Origin: Massalongia carnosa
Taxonomy: Eukaryota
Assembly: GCA_965645245.1 (NCBI GenBank)
Contig: OZ287076.1
Location: 372,001-436,000 of the forward strand
DNA length: 64,000 nt
Direction: 5' to 3'
This document shows, in pieces, positions 49,598-61,277 of the stretch (its first letter is position 1; each line of letters starts with the position of its first letter). The notes below the pieces were generated by a model that did no database searches, was not told the origin of the DNA, and saw nothing but the letters and a program-made list of their open reading frames with translations. Position numbers and translations under genes: made by a program.

Positions 49598-52506
49598 ATG
49601 TATCGGTTTCTTCTTGTAACTATCACTTGTTCAACTTTTTGCGCTACAACCGCTCAAGCTTCTTGGTTGACTCCTCATGTGCTGCCTTTGGTTGTCCGCA
49701 ATCCATATCTAAGCTTATGGCTCAATGATGCGAGAGATAACCCCTGGAACAGATGGCCGATGTTCTGGACTGGGCAGGAGGTATAGACATTCATTTGAAC
49801 TTGCCTGAACGAAGAAGCTAGCCACGCTGTAATCGTCTTTGGAAAATTTAAAGCTAAAAGCGGACAGATTGGCTTCTCGGTCTTAGCGAGCGTACCAGGA
49901 TCGGGCAACGTATATCCACTGCTGGGCAGAGCACACGACTCGCTTCTACCAGTTCCCAAAGGCAATCCGTAAGCTAAAATGGAGTGACTGGCTCGTTAAA
50001 CTGGCAAACTGAGATCTCCCGTCAGGTATAACGTCTCTTATACGACATATATTGGGTCCAACTACGATGCCTCTACGACAAACTTGACATATCTTATTCC
50101 TGCGCCCCCCACCGTCGACGCGTCAACGGCTCCTCTTGAGCTTGTCCTCTCATTCTTATCCCCCATTACTCCCACATCAACTCTCCGTCAGTCCATTCCC
50201 GCCTCTTATCTGACCGTGCACGTCAAGGGCGGTTTCGATGTCAATGTCTATCTCGACCTGAATGGCCAATGGGTGAGCGGGGATAGGGGAAGCTCCATAG
50301 TATGGGAATACAGCGAGCGAAAGCATGAAGGGAGTGATATCAGTCTTAAGACCTGGAAAGTGAAGAGAGAGACAGAGCTGTTACTTTCGGAATTTCGAGA
50401 TCAAGCCGAATGGGGAACTTTGCATTTCACTGCTCCTTCGGTAGAAGATGATAAACCCTAGTAACATCGTATATCTAATAATGCTAGGGCGTTCATCATC
50501 AATGCGGAACATCGGCCCTTCTTCGCCATCGATTCTCGCGGACCGGCACACTTCAAAATACCGTGGACGATTTCTACCGCGGTATAATGGATGAAGAGCC
50601 TGTATTTGCATTTGCCAAGTCCTTTAAGCTGAATGCATCTTCTACCACATCAAGCATACTCTTCACTATCGCACATATACAAGATCCAGTTGCTCAATTT
50701 GCGGCAGCACGAGGGTTGACTTTCATGCGTCCATTGTGGGCTTCTTGGTTTCCCTTGGCGGAGAAGCTTTTGACATTCCACTATCTCGACTTCGCCAACG
50801 CTTTCAAACTGGCCGCTGAGTACTCCGCCCAACTCACGAAAGATGCATACAAGTCCGGATCGGACGATTACGTGGACATTGTGGCGCTCTCTGCTCGTCA
50901 AGTCATTGGTGCCAGCTCCTTTTCTGGTACTCCCGATGATCCGATTTTGTTTCAGAAGGAGATTTCATCAAGTGGTAATTTCCAAACGATTGATGTCATT
51001 TTCCCCACCTTCCCTTTTTTTCTCTATACCAATCCCCGCTGGTTAGCATATACGCTTGAACCCCTAATTGAACACGTTCTTAGCGGTCAATACCCAAACA
51101 AATACGCACCGCACGATATTGGCTATCACTTTCCAAACGCAACAGGTCATGCCGATGGAAGAGACGAGTACATGCCGGTTGAGGAATGTGGAAACATATT
51201 GATCATGGGCCTTGCGCTCATCAACAGTTTAAAATATGAGAAAGACTCAACTGCTGGTTCGGCTTGGTCTAGTTCAGGGAGTGATGCATTTGACGCACGA
51301 CTGACTACGAGCGCTTTCTCATTACGTACGCTTGAAACAAGGGATGGCATCGTTGGGTTGGATGATCGCTGGGGTGGATCTATCAAAGGCGATAAGCAGG
51401 CTAGAAAATGGGTTGAAAGAAGCTACAGATTATGGAAACAATGGACTGGATACTTGATTGAGTTTTCTCTTGAACCGTTTCATCAACGTACAAACTGTTT
51501 TCGCGGCCTCGCACCAGCAGGCTAACCTAAGCTAGTCTCCACCGATGACTTTGCCGGCCCCCTACAGCTTCAAACCAATCTTGCTCTCAAAGGCATTCTC
51601 GGTATCAAAGCAATGAGCCACATTGCGGAAGTTGTGGGAAATTTAGATGACGTGAAATACTATAAGGCAGGGTTTGTTCTGTCGCTACTTAATCAGCTAC
51701 ACGCTCATGCATTCTAGAACATCTCGGACGTCTACATTTCGAGATGGGAGCAACTTGGCATCTCCCGGGACGGCACACACGCCAAGCTAGCGTACGATTG
51801 GTACGGTTCTTGGACAACGCTTTACAACCTCTATGCGGATTCGCTGCTCTGCTTCCACATCGAAGCCACCGAATCACTGAGGACGAAGTCTTCAGCCGCG
51901 AAGAAAAAGGACCATCCCAAACATCATGGAGACGGCAGCAGCTCTACGGGCTTTGTTCCTCCACGCGTTTATAAGATGCAAAGTGATTGGTACCACAACG
52001 TGCGTCAGCGTTACGGGCTTCCCCTGGATAGCAGGCATCTCTACACGAAAACGGACTGGGAGTTCTTCGCAGCGGCGGTGACGAGCAAGTCGGTTAGGGA
52101 AGAGATTTTGCAAAGCGTTGCGTTGTGGATCAACGAAACCAGTACCGGTAAGTGTTGTTACATCTTTCATTCCCCCTTCTCCACATACCCAAGCCCCCTC
52201 CCAAGTCCCTCCCCCTCCCTCCTATTTATCCCTAACCCCCAAATTCTTCAAACCAAGAAAGCCGCATGCCTAATAACGCCAGATCGTCCTCTTCCCGACC
52301 TCCACGACACAGAGGGTACTGGCGGCTTCTCCGGCGTTACGTTCATCGCTCGCCCCGTCGTTGGCGGCCATTTCGCCTTCTTGACGCTCGAGCGCGCGTG
52401 CGGGGGGGTAGCGAGGCGGGCGTTGGAATTTTTGGAGGAGGAGGTGGTAGTGGTGAACAAAGGGTACAGGGTTCAGGGGACGGGGTCAAGGTCGGGGGAG
52501 TTGTGA
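49598..52506 (+). CDS. Secreted glutaminase GtaA-like protein, multi-exon
   Basis: Signal peptide, PLVVRNPYLSLW, WPMFWTG, FLSPITPTSTLRQSIPASY, KEISSSGNFQTIDV, HDIGYHFPNATGH, MPVEECGN, STDDFAG..QTNLALKG, YGLPLDSRHLYTKTDW, ARPVVGGHFA. Confidence 0.92.
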
Positions 52507-53520
52507 GTGATATTTTAGGGCTTACGACGAAAGGTGCGCTCCGGGATTACCGCATGAACGACTTGGATATTCTAGTTAGGATTTTTTTTGGTGGCACGCT
52601 GATTCGCCTAGCTAGCTAACTCGGGGCTGTCGATACCTACCTTCCCACCACCTCCCCCCGCCCTTTAGTTCAGAGGTGGGGGGACTCGGGTCGCTGCTGC
52701 TGCATGGAACCGGGCTGTTTCTGTTTCACTTTCTCTATCTACTTACACGGCTTTATGCGGCCTGAACCGCTGGCTGGCTGACTGGACAACCAAACAGTTC
52801 GGGGAACAAACCGACCAATAGAACGAACAGATCAGAGCAGAACCGTTCCGCTTGGGGATTTCATTACTCCATTTCATCTATCATGAAATCTTTTTCTCTT
52901 TTCTTCGTTTCCTTTATCGGCTTGTGTTGGGGTATTTTTGGTTGACATGACTTGGCCTGGGGCTTGGGACTGACACCTGGCTGGTAATGGCACTGGGAAA
53001 CGGGACTAAGATACTGGTGTGTGTGCGGTTTAGTTGATGGTGGCTTCTTCGTTTAGGTATGTATATAGGTGGGTAGGTACGTTTAGTCTATTCATGGAGT
53101 ATATCATATCATTCCCCTCTATTTCCCCTATAAATCAATCTTCCCCCCCCTCCCCCTCCCCCCCCGGGTCCCCTCTCCCTCTTTTTCCCCAAATCCTTCT
53201 ATCTATTTACCCACTCACCCATCCATCCACCCATCCATCCATCCATCATACCCACCCACCCCAATCCCAATCCCATCCATCATACTCACTCACTCACTCA
53301 CTCACCCGCCCCCCCTGCCAATCCACCACCTCACAGCCCAGCACCTCACCCAAAGCCAGAAGAAAAGGGAAAAGGGGAAAGAGAGAAAATGAAAGGGTGA
53401 GCGAGGATCGGGGTTGGAGAGAGGGAGAAGGGAGAAGGGGTGGGGGGGAGGAGAGGAGGAAGACGTGGAGGGGGAAAAAATATATATATATATATATATA
53501 TTATATACACCCCGAACTTA

Positions 53521-55905
53521 GGATTTGGAATTGCCCTTTTCGATCAGGAAAGGGAGCAGGGCCGCTTTAGAGGGAGCAACGAGGGAGCAAGGGGGCGCAG
53601 CAAGGGAGCACCGAGGGAGCACAGGGGAGTATCGAGTGAGCATGGGGGAGCAGGCACAGGGGCGCAGCACAGGGAGCCTGAATTGGAATTTTCATACCCG
53701 GCTCTACCTGCTTACATTCATTTTATCGTGGATACTGTTGGCTTCAGCCTCCTGCTGCCTGGATTCAACCTTACTAGAAGTCTGCCGTCAATTTCTTAGG
53801 GTTCCTTCACAGGATAGATTCACAGCGCCTACTTACAATCTTGTGCTTCTTCAGGATCTATAACGCAAAGATTATAATCAAACTTGCGGGTATGCCTGAG
53901 GCTGCCAAAAGACGTAAGGACCTTCTGTCAGGTCCGGCCCCCTGCCAGCACCTGGGAACAGCAGTAGTGTGAGACTTAGCAGGTTTTGTAGGTAGGAACA
54001 TCAAGTAGTCATAGCATATCATGCATTTAACAATATGTCAGGTAAACACAATGAACTCGAAATTATTCTGTCATTTAATTTGCTAAGGATTGTAATCTCC
54101 GTCATTAACATTGCCATTACGCTTGGTAAGGTCTAAAAGCGCATCACGACAACGCTCTACTGCTAGCTCTTCACGAGATGTTTCTAAATGAAGCCTTAAC
54201 TGATCGAAGGTCAATGGAAACCTTGTGTTTCCCCCGTCTGTAGCATCAAGAGGGTAGAAGTCGCTCAACTTGAGATCAAGTTCCGAAGTTGCATTATCTG
54301 GAACAAAGTACTATAATAAAATCGAGTTAGCATATATTGTAGCTAAATAGAAGAAAAGAAGTACAGCTTACAGATCGAGTTCCTTTCTGCTTCGCCTCTC
54401 CGTTTACTGCATCTCTCTTCCATATCTCAAGAAACACGCCCATCTTATTAACCCAAACCAAATTGTTTATCTGAAGCGAGCCAAAGCTGTCGTTCGAATC
54501 TTCAGGAATGACCATAGAAGTATCAAGATCATTAAGATCAGGGAACCCAAGGTCCTTAACCTCATCATCTTTCATTTTGCCGATAGGAGAATGATATCGA
54601 GGATTCTCCTCCACTTTGATTAGAATCACAGTTCTTATATCCCTGTTTCCTTCTATCCATATTTTGGTGTCATCAATAAGTTCTTTATATGTTTCTGTGA
54701 AACCAATTTCAACCACAGCGGTGTATAAGACTTTATGATTTTGCCCTTTGTATTTGAATAACACGTCTGGTTCCTTTTTACTACCTTCGTAAGCCCCTGT
54801 AAAAGCCCCTACTCTTTGAGACCCTACAACGGCGAGTTGCCTCGTTGTTTCAGATCGAAGGTCTTGTTTAGCAAGTCCATTACTTTCAATAAAGGGAGAC
54901 GCAAGAATCTCGTGAACAGGTGAAGGCATCCATTGAATAATCCCAATGCAACTTCGAGAGTTGAAGGAGATAGATGGCCAGCTAAAACAAATTATATTAG
55001 CTATTATAATTTGCATATCAGGGTCTAAAGAGTATACCGAAGGTCAAATCTATTATAATCAAGAGCTTCATCCAGCTTTCGAAAATAACTTGCTGGCATA
55101 TGTACTCGTTCTACACTCCGCAAAGGTATGAACTTCTGTTCTCTGCGTTCCTTGTTGGCGAGGACACTTTCTTTAAGTCTTGCCTCGTATATAGTAAGGT
55201 CTAAAGGCGTCAACATCTCGAGTGGGCTTTCAGGAGGGGTTGCTGGATGATTCGACAGGACAGGAGGACTGATAGTAGGTAAGAGATTATGCTTCAGAAG
55301 CGGTGCATGTCGGAATCTTCTGATGGTGTGATCTTTCGTCGTGACGGCAGTTTCTGGAATGGCGAGGCAGTAGAATAAGAGGTTCTGGAGAGCGATTGAA
55401 ATGCTGGACCTTGACCAGAAGGCTGACGAGGATTTAAGCCGTCATACCCATTGCGTAACGGGAAGTCCATCGCTTCTGAGGAGGACAAAGGCTAGACCGA
55501 AGAACCTTGTCTTTATCTTCAAATGATAATTCTCTGGGACAGCTTCACTAGAGATTTCCCAAACCCAAACAATTTTACGGATGGGTCTGACTAGGTAGAA
55601 GGAGGATGGAGACTTTCTTCTGGTGGGGGCACCGACTACTGGTGGGGGCACCGACTAACTAAAAACTAAAAGCTAAGCTTACTAAGCAATCGCACCTTCC
55701 CAACTCAACCGACGCGCCACACGATAAACTTCGTTTGGGCTTATCCGTCGCTCAGAATTATTGAGACAAAATTGTGAGAGTGAGTAGCGAGGGAGCACGA
55801 GGGAGCAAAGAGGGAGCATGGGAGAGCAGCGAGCGAGCATGGGTGAGCAGAGAGGGAGCAGATAAACGAAATAGCCGTTAGTGAGCGAGCAGGGTGGCAA
55901 TGTCC
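53521..55905. mobile_element. Candidate unclassified mobile unit with phased subterminal repeat arrays and a nuclease-like gene
   Basis: CTTAG direct repeat at 53517-53521 and 55905-55909 (or TTA|GG...CC|TTA); offset inverted ends GGA-TTTGGA-ATTGCC versus GGA-C-ATTGCC; GGGAGCA arrays at 53552-53678 and 55782-55891. Confidence 0.55.
54083..55470 (-). CDS. Hypothetical protein with PD-(D/E)XK restriction-endonuclease-like domain; two introns; 5' end uncertain
   Basis: WMPSPVHE...SKKEPDVLF...[24 protein letters not shown]...VILIKVEE; introns ~54980-55037 and ~54312-54370; start is either ATG 55216 or ATG 55470 with a frameshift. Confidence 0.7.
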
Positions 55906-56530
55906 TTAGTCAACACAAGGTCACGTGCTGTTCAGTTTTGAAGATTACTATATATCTATATCTTTATATATTTTTGGAGCAGATGAGTAGATTGATAGGT
56001 ATATAGGTAGGATAGGTAAGGCTGTATCCTACTCTTTGAATGTCGGGTTCGATTATCGTTCTAAAAAAAAAAGAAGGTAGGTAGGTAGATGCATAAACGG
56101 CGCCACAGGTCCCCCGTTCTCTCCTTTCTCCCAATCGATATCCAACGTACATGAATCCCTTTTCATGCCGTACGCAACACTTCCATTTGGTGGCGATTGA
56201 AGGGAAACAGAGCAGGAAAGGTACGAGGTTGCTTTCGTTCTGCTTGTTTGGTCCTGTCGGCGTTCGGTCGCTACTGCTTGCAGCAACCATCCTCCTTGCT
56301 TGGTTCCCGTTATCTACGTGTTAGGTACCCTACAATGTATCCTACTGTATGCTCTTGGCTCAATGATATGTGCTGGCCTGTACTCACATTACCCCCCGAG
56401 CAAAGGGCTGGTCTCCCATTTTAAGATATCTTTGTCTCTTGGGACATGATGGTCCGTTTTTCTGGCCATCTCTTCCACCTCTAGGAATCGTTCTGCTCAA
56501 CTTCCCCCCTTCCGCTCATCCTTGCCCTCG

Positions 56531-57906
56531 CTACCAAATCCTAATCCCCCTCCACCCCCTCCCTCTACTTTCCTTCTCCCCCGGCTTCTCCTCTTCCACT
56601 TCACCGCCTAGCCCTCTACTTCCCATCACCTCATGATTATTCCCATCTCCACCAATTCTACCCTCTAATTCACCAGCGTTGACTCCCCAGTTGCGTCGCA
56701 TGACTGCACTATTCACCACCCCCTTCAATATGCCCAGAGATCCGCTTCGCTTTCCAAATAAATTGCGTGTGGGACTATGGGTGTCACGACCGGAGATGGA
56801 GCGTTTCGGGGGTGATGGTGAGCGGCGAAGGGAGGAAAACATGTTTGGGCCCGAAGACGAGGGGAGGGAGCGGGAACGGGATTTTGATATTTTGAGGGAG
56901 GAGATAAGGTGAGGTGTAACAGGGTTCTTTTGGGGGGTGGGGGAGGGAGAGGGGGTATAAGGGGGAGTTTTGGCGACGGGGGGTGGGAATAGGTGCGTAC
57001 GTGCGCTGGTGGTTGCGAGATTTGGCGAAGACGATACGGGTTTGATGGTGGGAGGGGAGTCGATGGAAGAGTCACGGCTTCCTATAGGGGAGATGACGCC
57101 AAGGGCTTCAAGCTGGTCTAGAAAATAAAGTTAGCTTTCGGTGAAAAAAGGTATAAGGCCAATGAAAGTCAAAAGGTACCCCAGCTTCGGTAATAGTAGC
57201 GGAAGGTCGCAAAAGGTTGATCAAGAGGATCCACTAGTGCGTATTTGTAGTAGCGTTGAGGATGGTTCGATGGTAAAGGGCCAGCTTTGACGAGGCTATT
57301 TCATGTTTGTACTTAGCGATGTAGAAGATTGAAAGTCGGTAGATGCACTGACTTGACACCACCTGCATCACCTTGCTTAGAAGACTTTCTAGCCGCCATG
57401 CTAGACATATCCCGGAAGTTTTGAACTTGAGGCGGTATTCTCTTTCTCCCCTTGGATCGGTACACTTTTATCTCCATGACATCTTCAAGACCATTAGGAT
57501 GCGGCTTCGCCGCTTTTTCAGGTTCGCTTCCAAAGCATAGAGCTCTCATTTCAATGGTCGGCCGACCCATCCAGATCTCGCCCGAATCGAACATGGCGAA
57601 CATGGTCTGGCCTTTGTACCCGTCTGCCTCGCTGCACCCCCAACTGAGCACGCATGCACCATTGAGAAAAAGTTTGAAATAATAGAGGGCTTTGGGAGGG
57701 TGTGAAGGTGAAACGCTATAGGAGATCCAGAATTGAGAGGAAGGATAGGTCGATATATAGACGGATACGAGTGAGTGATCCGGATTGATGAGAACTGGAA
57801 TGGGAGAGAACGGGTCGTTTGGGGCTAAGGGTGGTGCGTATTCTGGTATGGTCAGGATATCGAACTGGGACGTTAGAGAGATAGTGATGCTGCGGTAGGT
57901 CGGCAT
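56531..57906 (-). CDS. Conserved-looking fungal hypothetical protein, 3 exons, Pro/Ser-rich C-terminus
   Basis: MPTYRSITISLTSQFDILTIPEY..SQFWISY..YYFKLFLNG..SWG..MEIKVYRSKGRKR; exon 2 QRYYKYALVDPLDQPFATFRYYYRSW; exon 3 DQLEALGV... to stop at 56531. Confidence 0.8.
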
Positions 57907-60331
57907 TGTATTTGCTTATAGCACAAGAAATTTAGAAGGTGCGGGTGAAATAGAAGGATGAGGTTAAAAGGTCTGGTGTTGAAAAAAAAAACAGAGTGAT
58001 GTGACTTGGAGGGAGAAGTTGTGTGAATAGTATCATTAAACCCACGCTACTTTGCCTGGCGTGCCCTAAGAAAGCGAACGAGGATTTCCGTTCAGTTCGA
58101 TTGAAGCTACCAAAGTAAGATTCCCATGGTGAGATGATTCAGCTTACTCTCCTATATATGTTCGGCTAAGCTCATGATCAAGAGATCAATTTACACTTGC
58201 TATATTTCTGATGGCGTTAAACAGGATTCAGTATCAAGGATGGAAACCGGTTATATCCCGTTTTGGTGGTGTCGCAGCAGGTTTTGTTGGATAGACAATA
58301 TAGACAACACTATAAAAAAACAAATGAAAAATAATAGTTCAGTTTTCCGTACCATTGATCTCAATTTCATCAAAAATCCCTTCACCCAGGACTTGATGAG
58401 CTTGGGCCGTTGAGAAACTCTGGAAAGACAAGATGCAGACGTAACGACGAACTATCCTCAGAAACGAAGCAGTAAGTCAAGGGATCAAAAGGAACATAAC
58501 TCACGTCAGTCAATCAAATATTCAGAAGGACTCGGGATTAACCAGCGAATATTCAGGATACTATTTGTGGCTCGGGGCATGTCCATCATAACGAAAAGGG
58601 CATAGGGGTTGTTAAAGAGCAAAATCGTCGCCAACCAACTTTTGAGTCACGGTTCAAGAACCTTCAACTAGAAAGAAGCCAGGATTCCTGCCCCCGTCAG
58701 TTGGTTTAGCTTGACACATGAAGTATCGAACATGTGCCTTCACCAGATAGGCGATCAAGTTGCTTGGCTTGACTCGTCGGACATCTTTGGGCTATGAATC
58801 AACCAGAAGTTGGACAAGAGCACTAGTTTCCTTACGACTCAGCGCTCAGATTAATGAAACTGCGAGGCCGTTTTGAGTCCAGAAAACCAGTTGAATAATG
58901 GCAGAGCTTGTCCCAAATAGAGATCATTAGCATAGTGGATGATCCTCTGTGTGAGCCTTAGTCGCCTCGTATTAGATCTTATAGAGGGCAAAATGATAGG
59001 CTGACGATAGTCATCGGAAGTATACACGCTGTGGACCTCTCAAAACATAAGTTTTACTAATAGAGGTAGCGGTAGCCACAAACCGCCTAAACTCGGAAAT
59101 CGGCAGAGAAATACGAGGTAGAAACTGCTAAATATATTTTTAAATCTGAAGGCGGATACGGAGAGTTCGGCAGGAGCGATTGATAAATTTCTTCTCGCCC
59201 TATGCTTAGTTTGGTAGCATGTAAATCGTCACCCACGCTATGAGATGTGGATATGAATCCGAGAAATTCCACTTATAGATATACCTTATCGATGCCCCTG
59301 ATATTCTTCATGTTTATAACATCAACCCAAATTCAAATCAATGTAAAATATCAGATCCAAACATTCAAAGGTTAGCCACAAGACTATCTTCTAACCGAAA
59401 CCTCAGCCTGCGTCCGGGTCGCCGCTAAAATCCGGTATCCGAGCATGAACATCTCTTGAATAACGCGGCAAGAAAGGATTTGCATAGTAAGTATATTATT
59501 GAATTTCTAATTCATGGCTAACAAAGCCTCAAGAAAGAAAAATGAACGTCTTCCTTGGAGAGCTACCAAATGGTACGGTCCTCTTCTCTGCGCCTATTAA
59601 TCTGGTTAAGCGCTTCCCCATAACGTAGAAGCACCAGCTTTTTAGAGCAGAGAAAGATAACCTATATCTACGCCCACAAGGACGCAGCTAAGTTGATCAT
59701 TGAATGGATGGCAGCAGGTAGAATAGATAGTGTTAAGGGACCTATTCCCTTCCCAAACAACGATATCCTCAGCTGCTGAGCCCGAGCGACCTAGTTATGT
59801 TTCTGGAGAGTAAAGCTTTGAAAACCGTACCTTTAAGCAAGGATCAATAGCAGAGAAGCTGCTTGCAGGCATCGATTTTTAAGGGAACAGCCCAGGGCTC
59901 CTAATGATTTGCAAACCGGGAAGTGATGTTAACAAGACCTGGGCAAAAATAGGGCATCGAGAGAGTTTTGATGCTGTCTAGCCAATACAGGGATCGAAGA
60001 GAGAACCCAGATAAACACAAAGTCGCCTGATACAAGACATCATTCAGCTCGTGAGCAACAATGCATTAAGCGTTAGCCCTCAAATCAGAAAGGACTGATG
60101 GATCAAAGAATGGGGCGGCCCGATGTATGCGTTAATCTTTGAAAAGCAACATTTGCATTTATCAGATGATGTGACAAAAAGAAGGCCTTGGACTAAAAAG
60201 TCTAAGTCTTATTATCAGCGATGCAGGTTTCCCATGTATTCGATAGTCTCGAATTCCAGAGGGTATATCCATATCAGACGCCCACACCAAGGAGAACATC
60301 GTGGCGGCCAGTGCTTTTAGTATATGTTTCT

Positions 60332-60892
60332 CTAAGCCTCCTTCGGCTCGCCATTTTCTTTCTTGGTATCAGCTGATAGATTTTCTCCAACTCTACAGTC
60401 GACCTCCTCCTTGAGCTCCGGTATAGCCTTGACTATTTCTTCTGCCAGAACATCTCGAAACCCAGCGAAAGCCTCACTTTTGCCTTTGAGGTACTGGTTT
60501 TGTTTCTGCGCAAGTTCAACAAATTCTCTGGTGTAGATATCCGGATTTCGACCATCTTCAACATACTCTATTATTTCGGGGGGGATTTGGGTTGACAGAT
60601 TAGAGGAAGTAGCGGATAAGGACAAGAGAGAGTTAGATAGCTGAGATCTGCGGCGCCCCATGATACCAATTAGCACTCCCTCTATAATAATTTTCGTTTG
60701 AACAAATATACATCTTGCGTATCAGCTGTTGTTGGGTTTCAGGCCCGAGATAACCATGCACAGCGGATTGAATCTCGAAAAGGTCCTGAATCACCTCCTT
60801 CAGGCTGTCTGTAAAGTCCTGTAAGGCACATATTCCAAAAATTAGCGGGTTGAGGACGTACCGTCCACAGCATCAAGTTGTATTGGAGCCAT
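60332..60892 (-). CDS. MED10: Mediator subunit Med10 (Nut2), 3 exons
   Basis: MAPIQLDAVD|DSLKEVIQDLFEIQSAVHGYLGPETQQQLIRK|..IPPEIIEYVEDGRNPDIYTREFVELAQKQNQYLKGK. Confidence 0.95.
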
Positions 60893-61277
60893 CGCAAGAT
60901 TAATGCTTTGGAAACGGATGTTGTATGCGTATTATAAGGTTACCAATTTTAGCTCGCTGAGCTAACAGCTCACCACGTGAGCATTGCAGCATATAGGGCT
61001 TAGGGCCTAATTAGCCTTGGGTTTGTTTACTGCTCCAACGAAACTCAATAAACATTGCAGCATTTTATCATTGCTTCATTGTTGCAAAGTATTTCATAGA
61101 GCATTGCCTCGTTCTCACTTTTTGCATACCCTTGCTTAATATATTACATGCCTACATATTTTCACTAAATGCGATTAAGCCTACCAGTGATGCTACTCCG
61201 AGCTAAATCAACATCAAGGTATTAAGAGTATCGCAGGTGGCTAGTATCCAGGAGCTTAGATATATCAGAGTATTAGC

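Noticed and set aside
53034..53863. ORFs of 112-178 aa on the plus strand
   Set aside because: Artefacts of low-complexity tracts and the GGGAGCA array.
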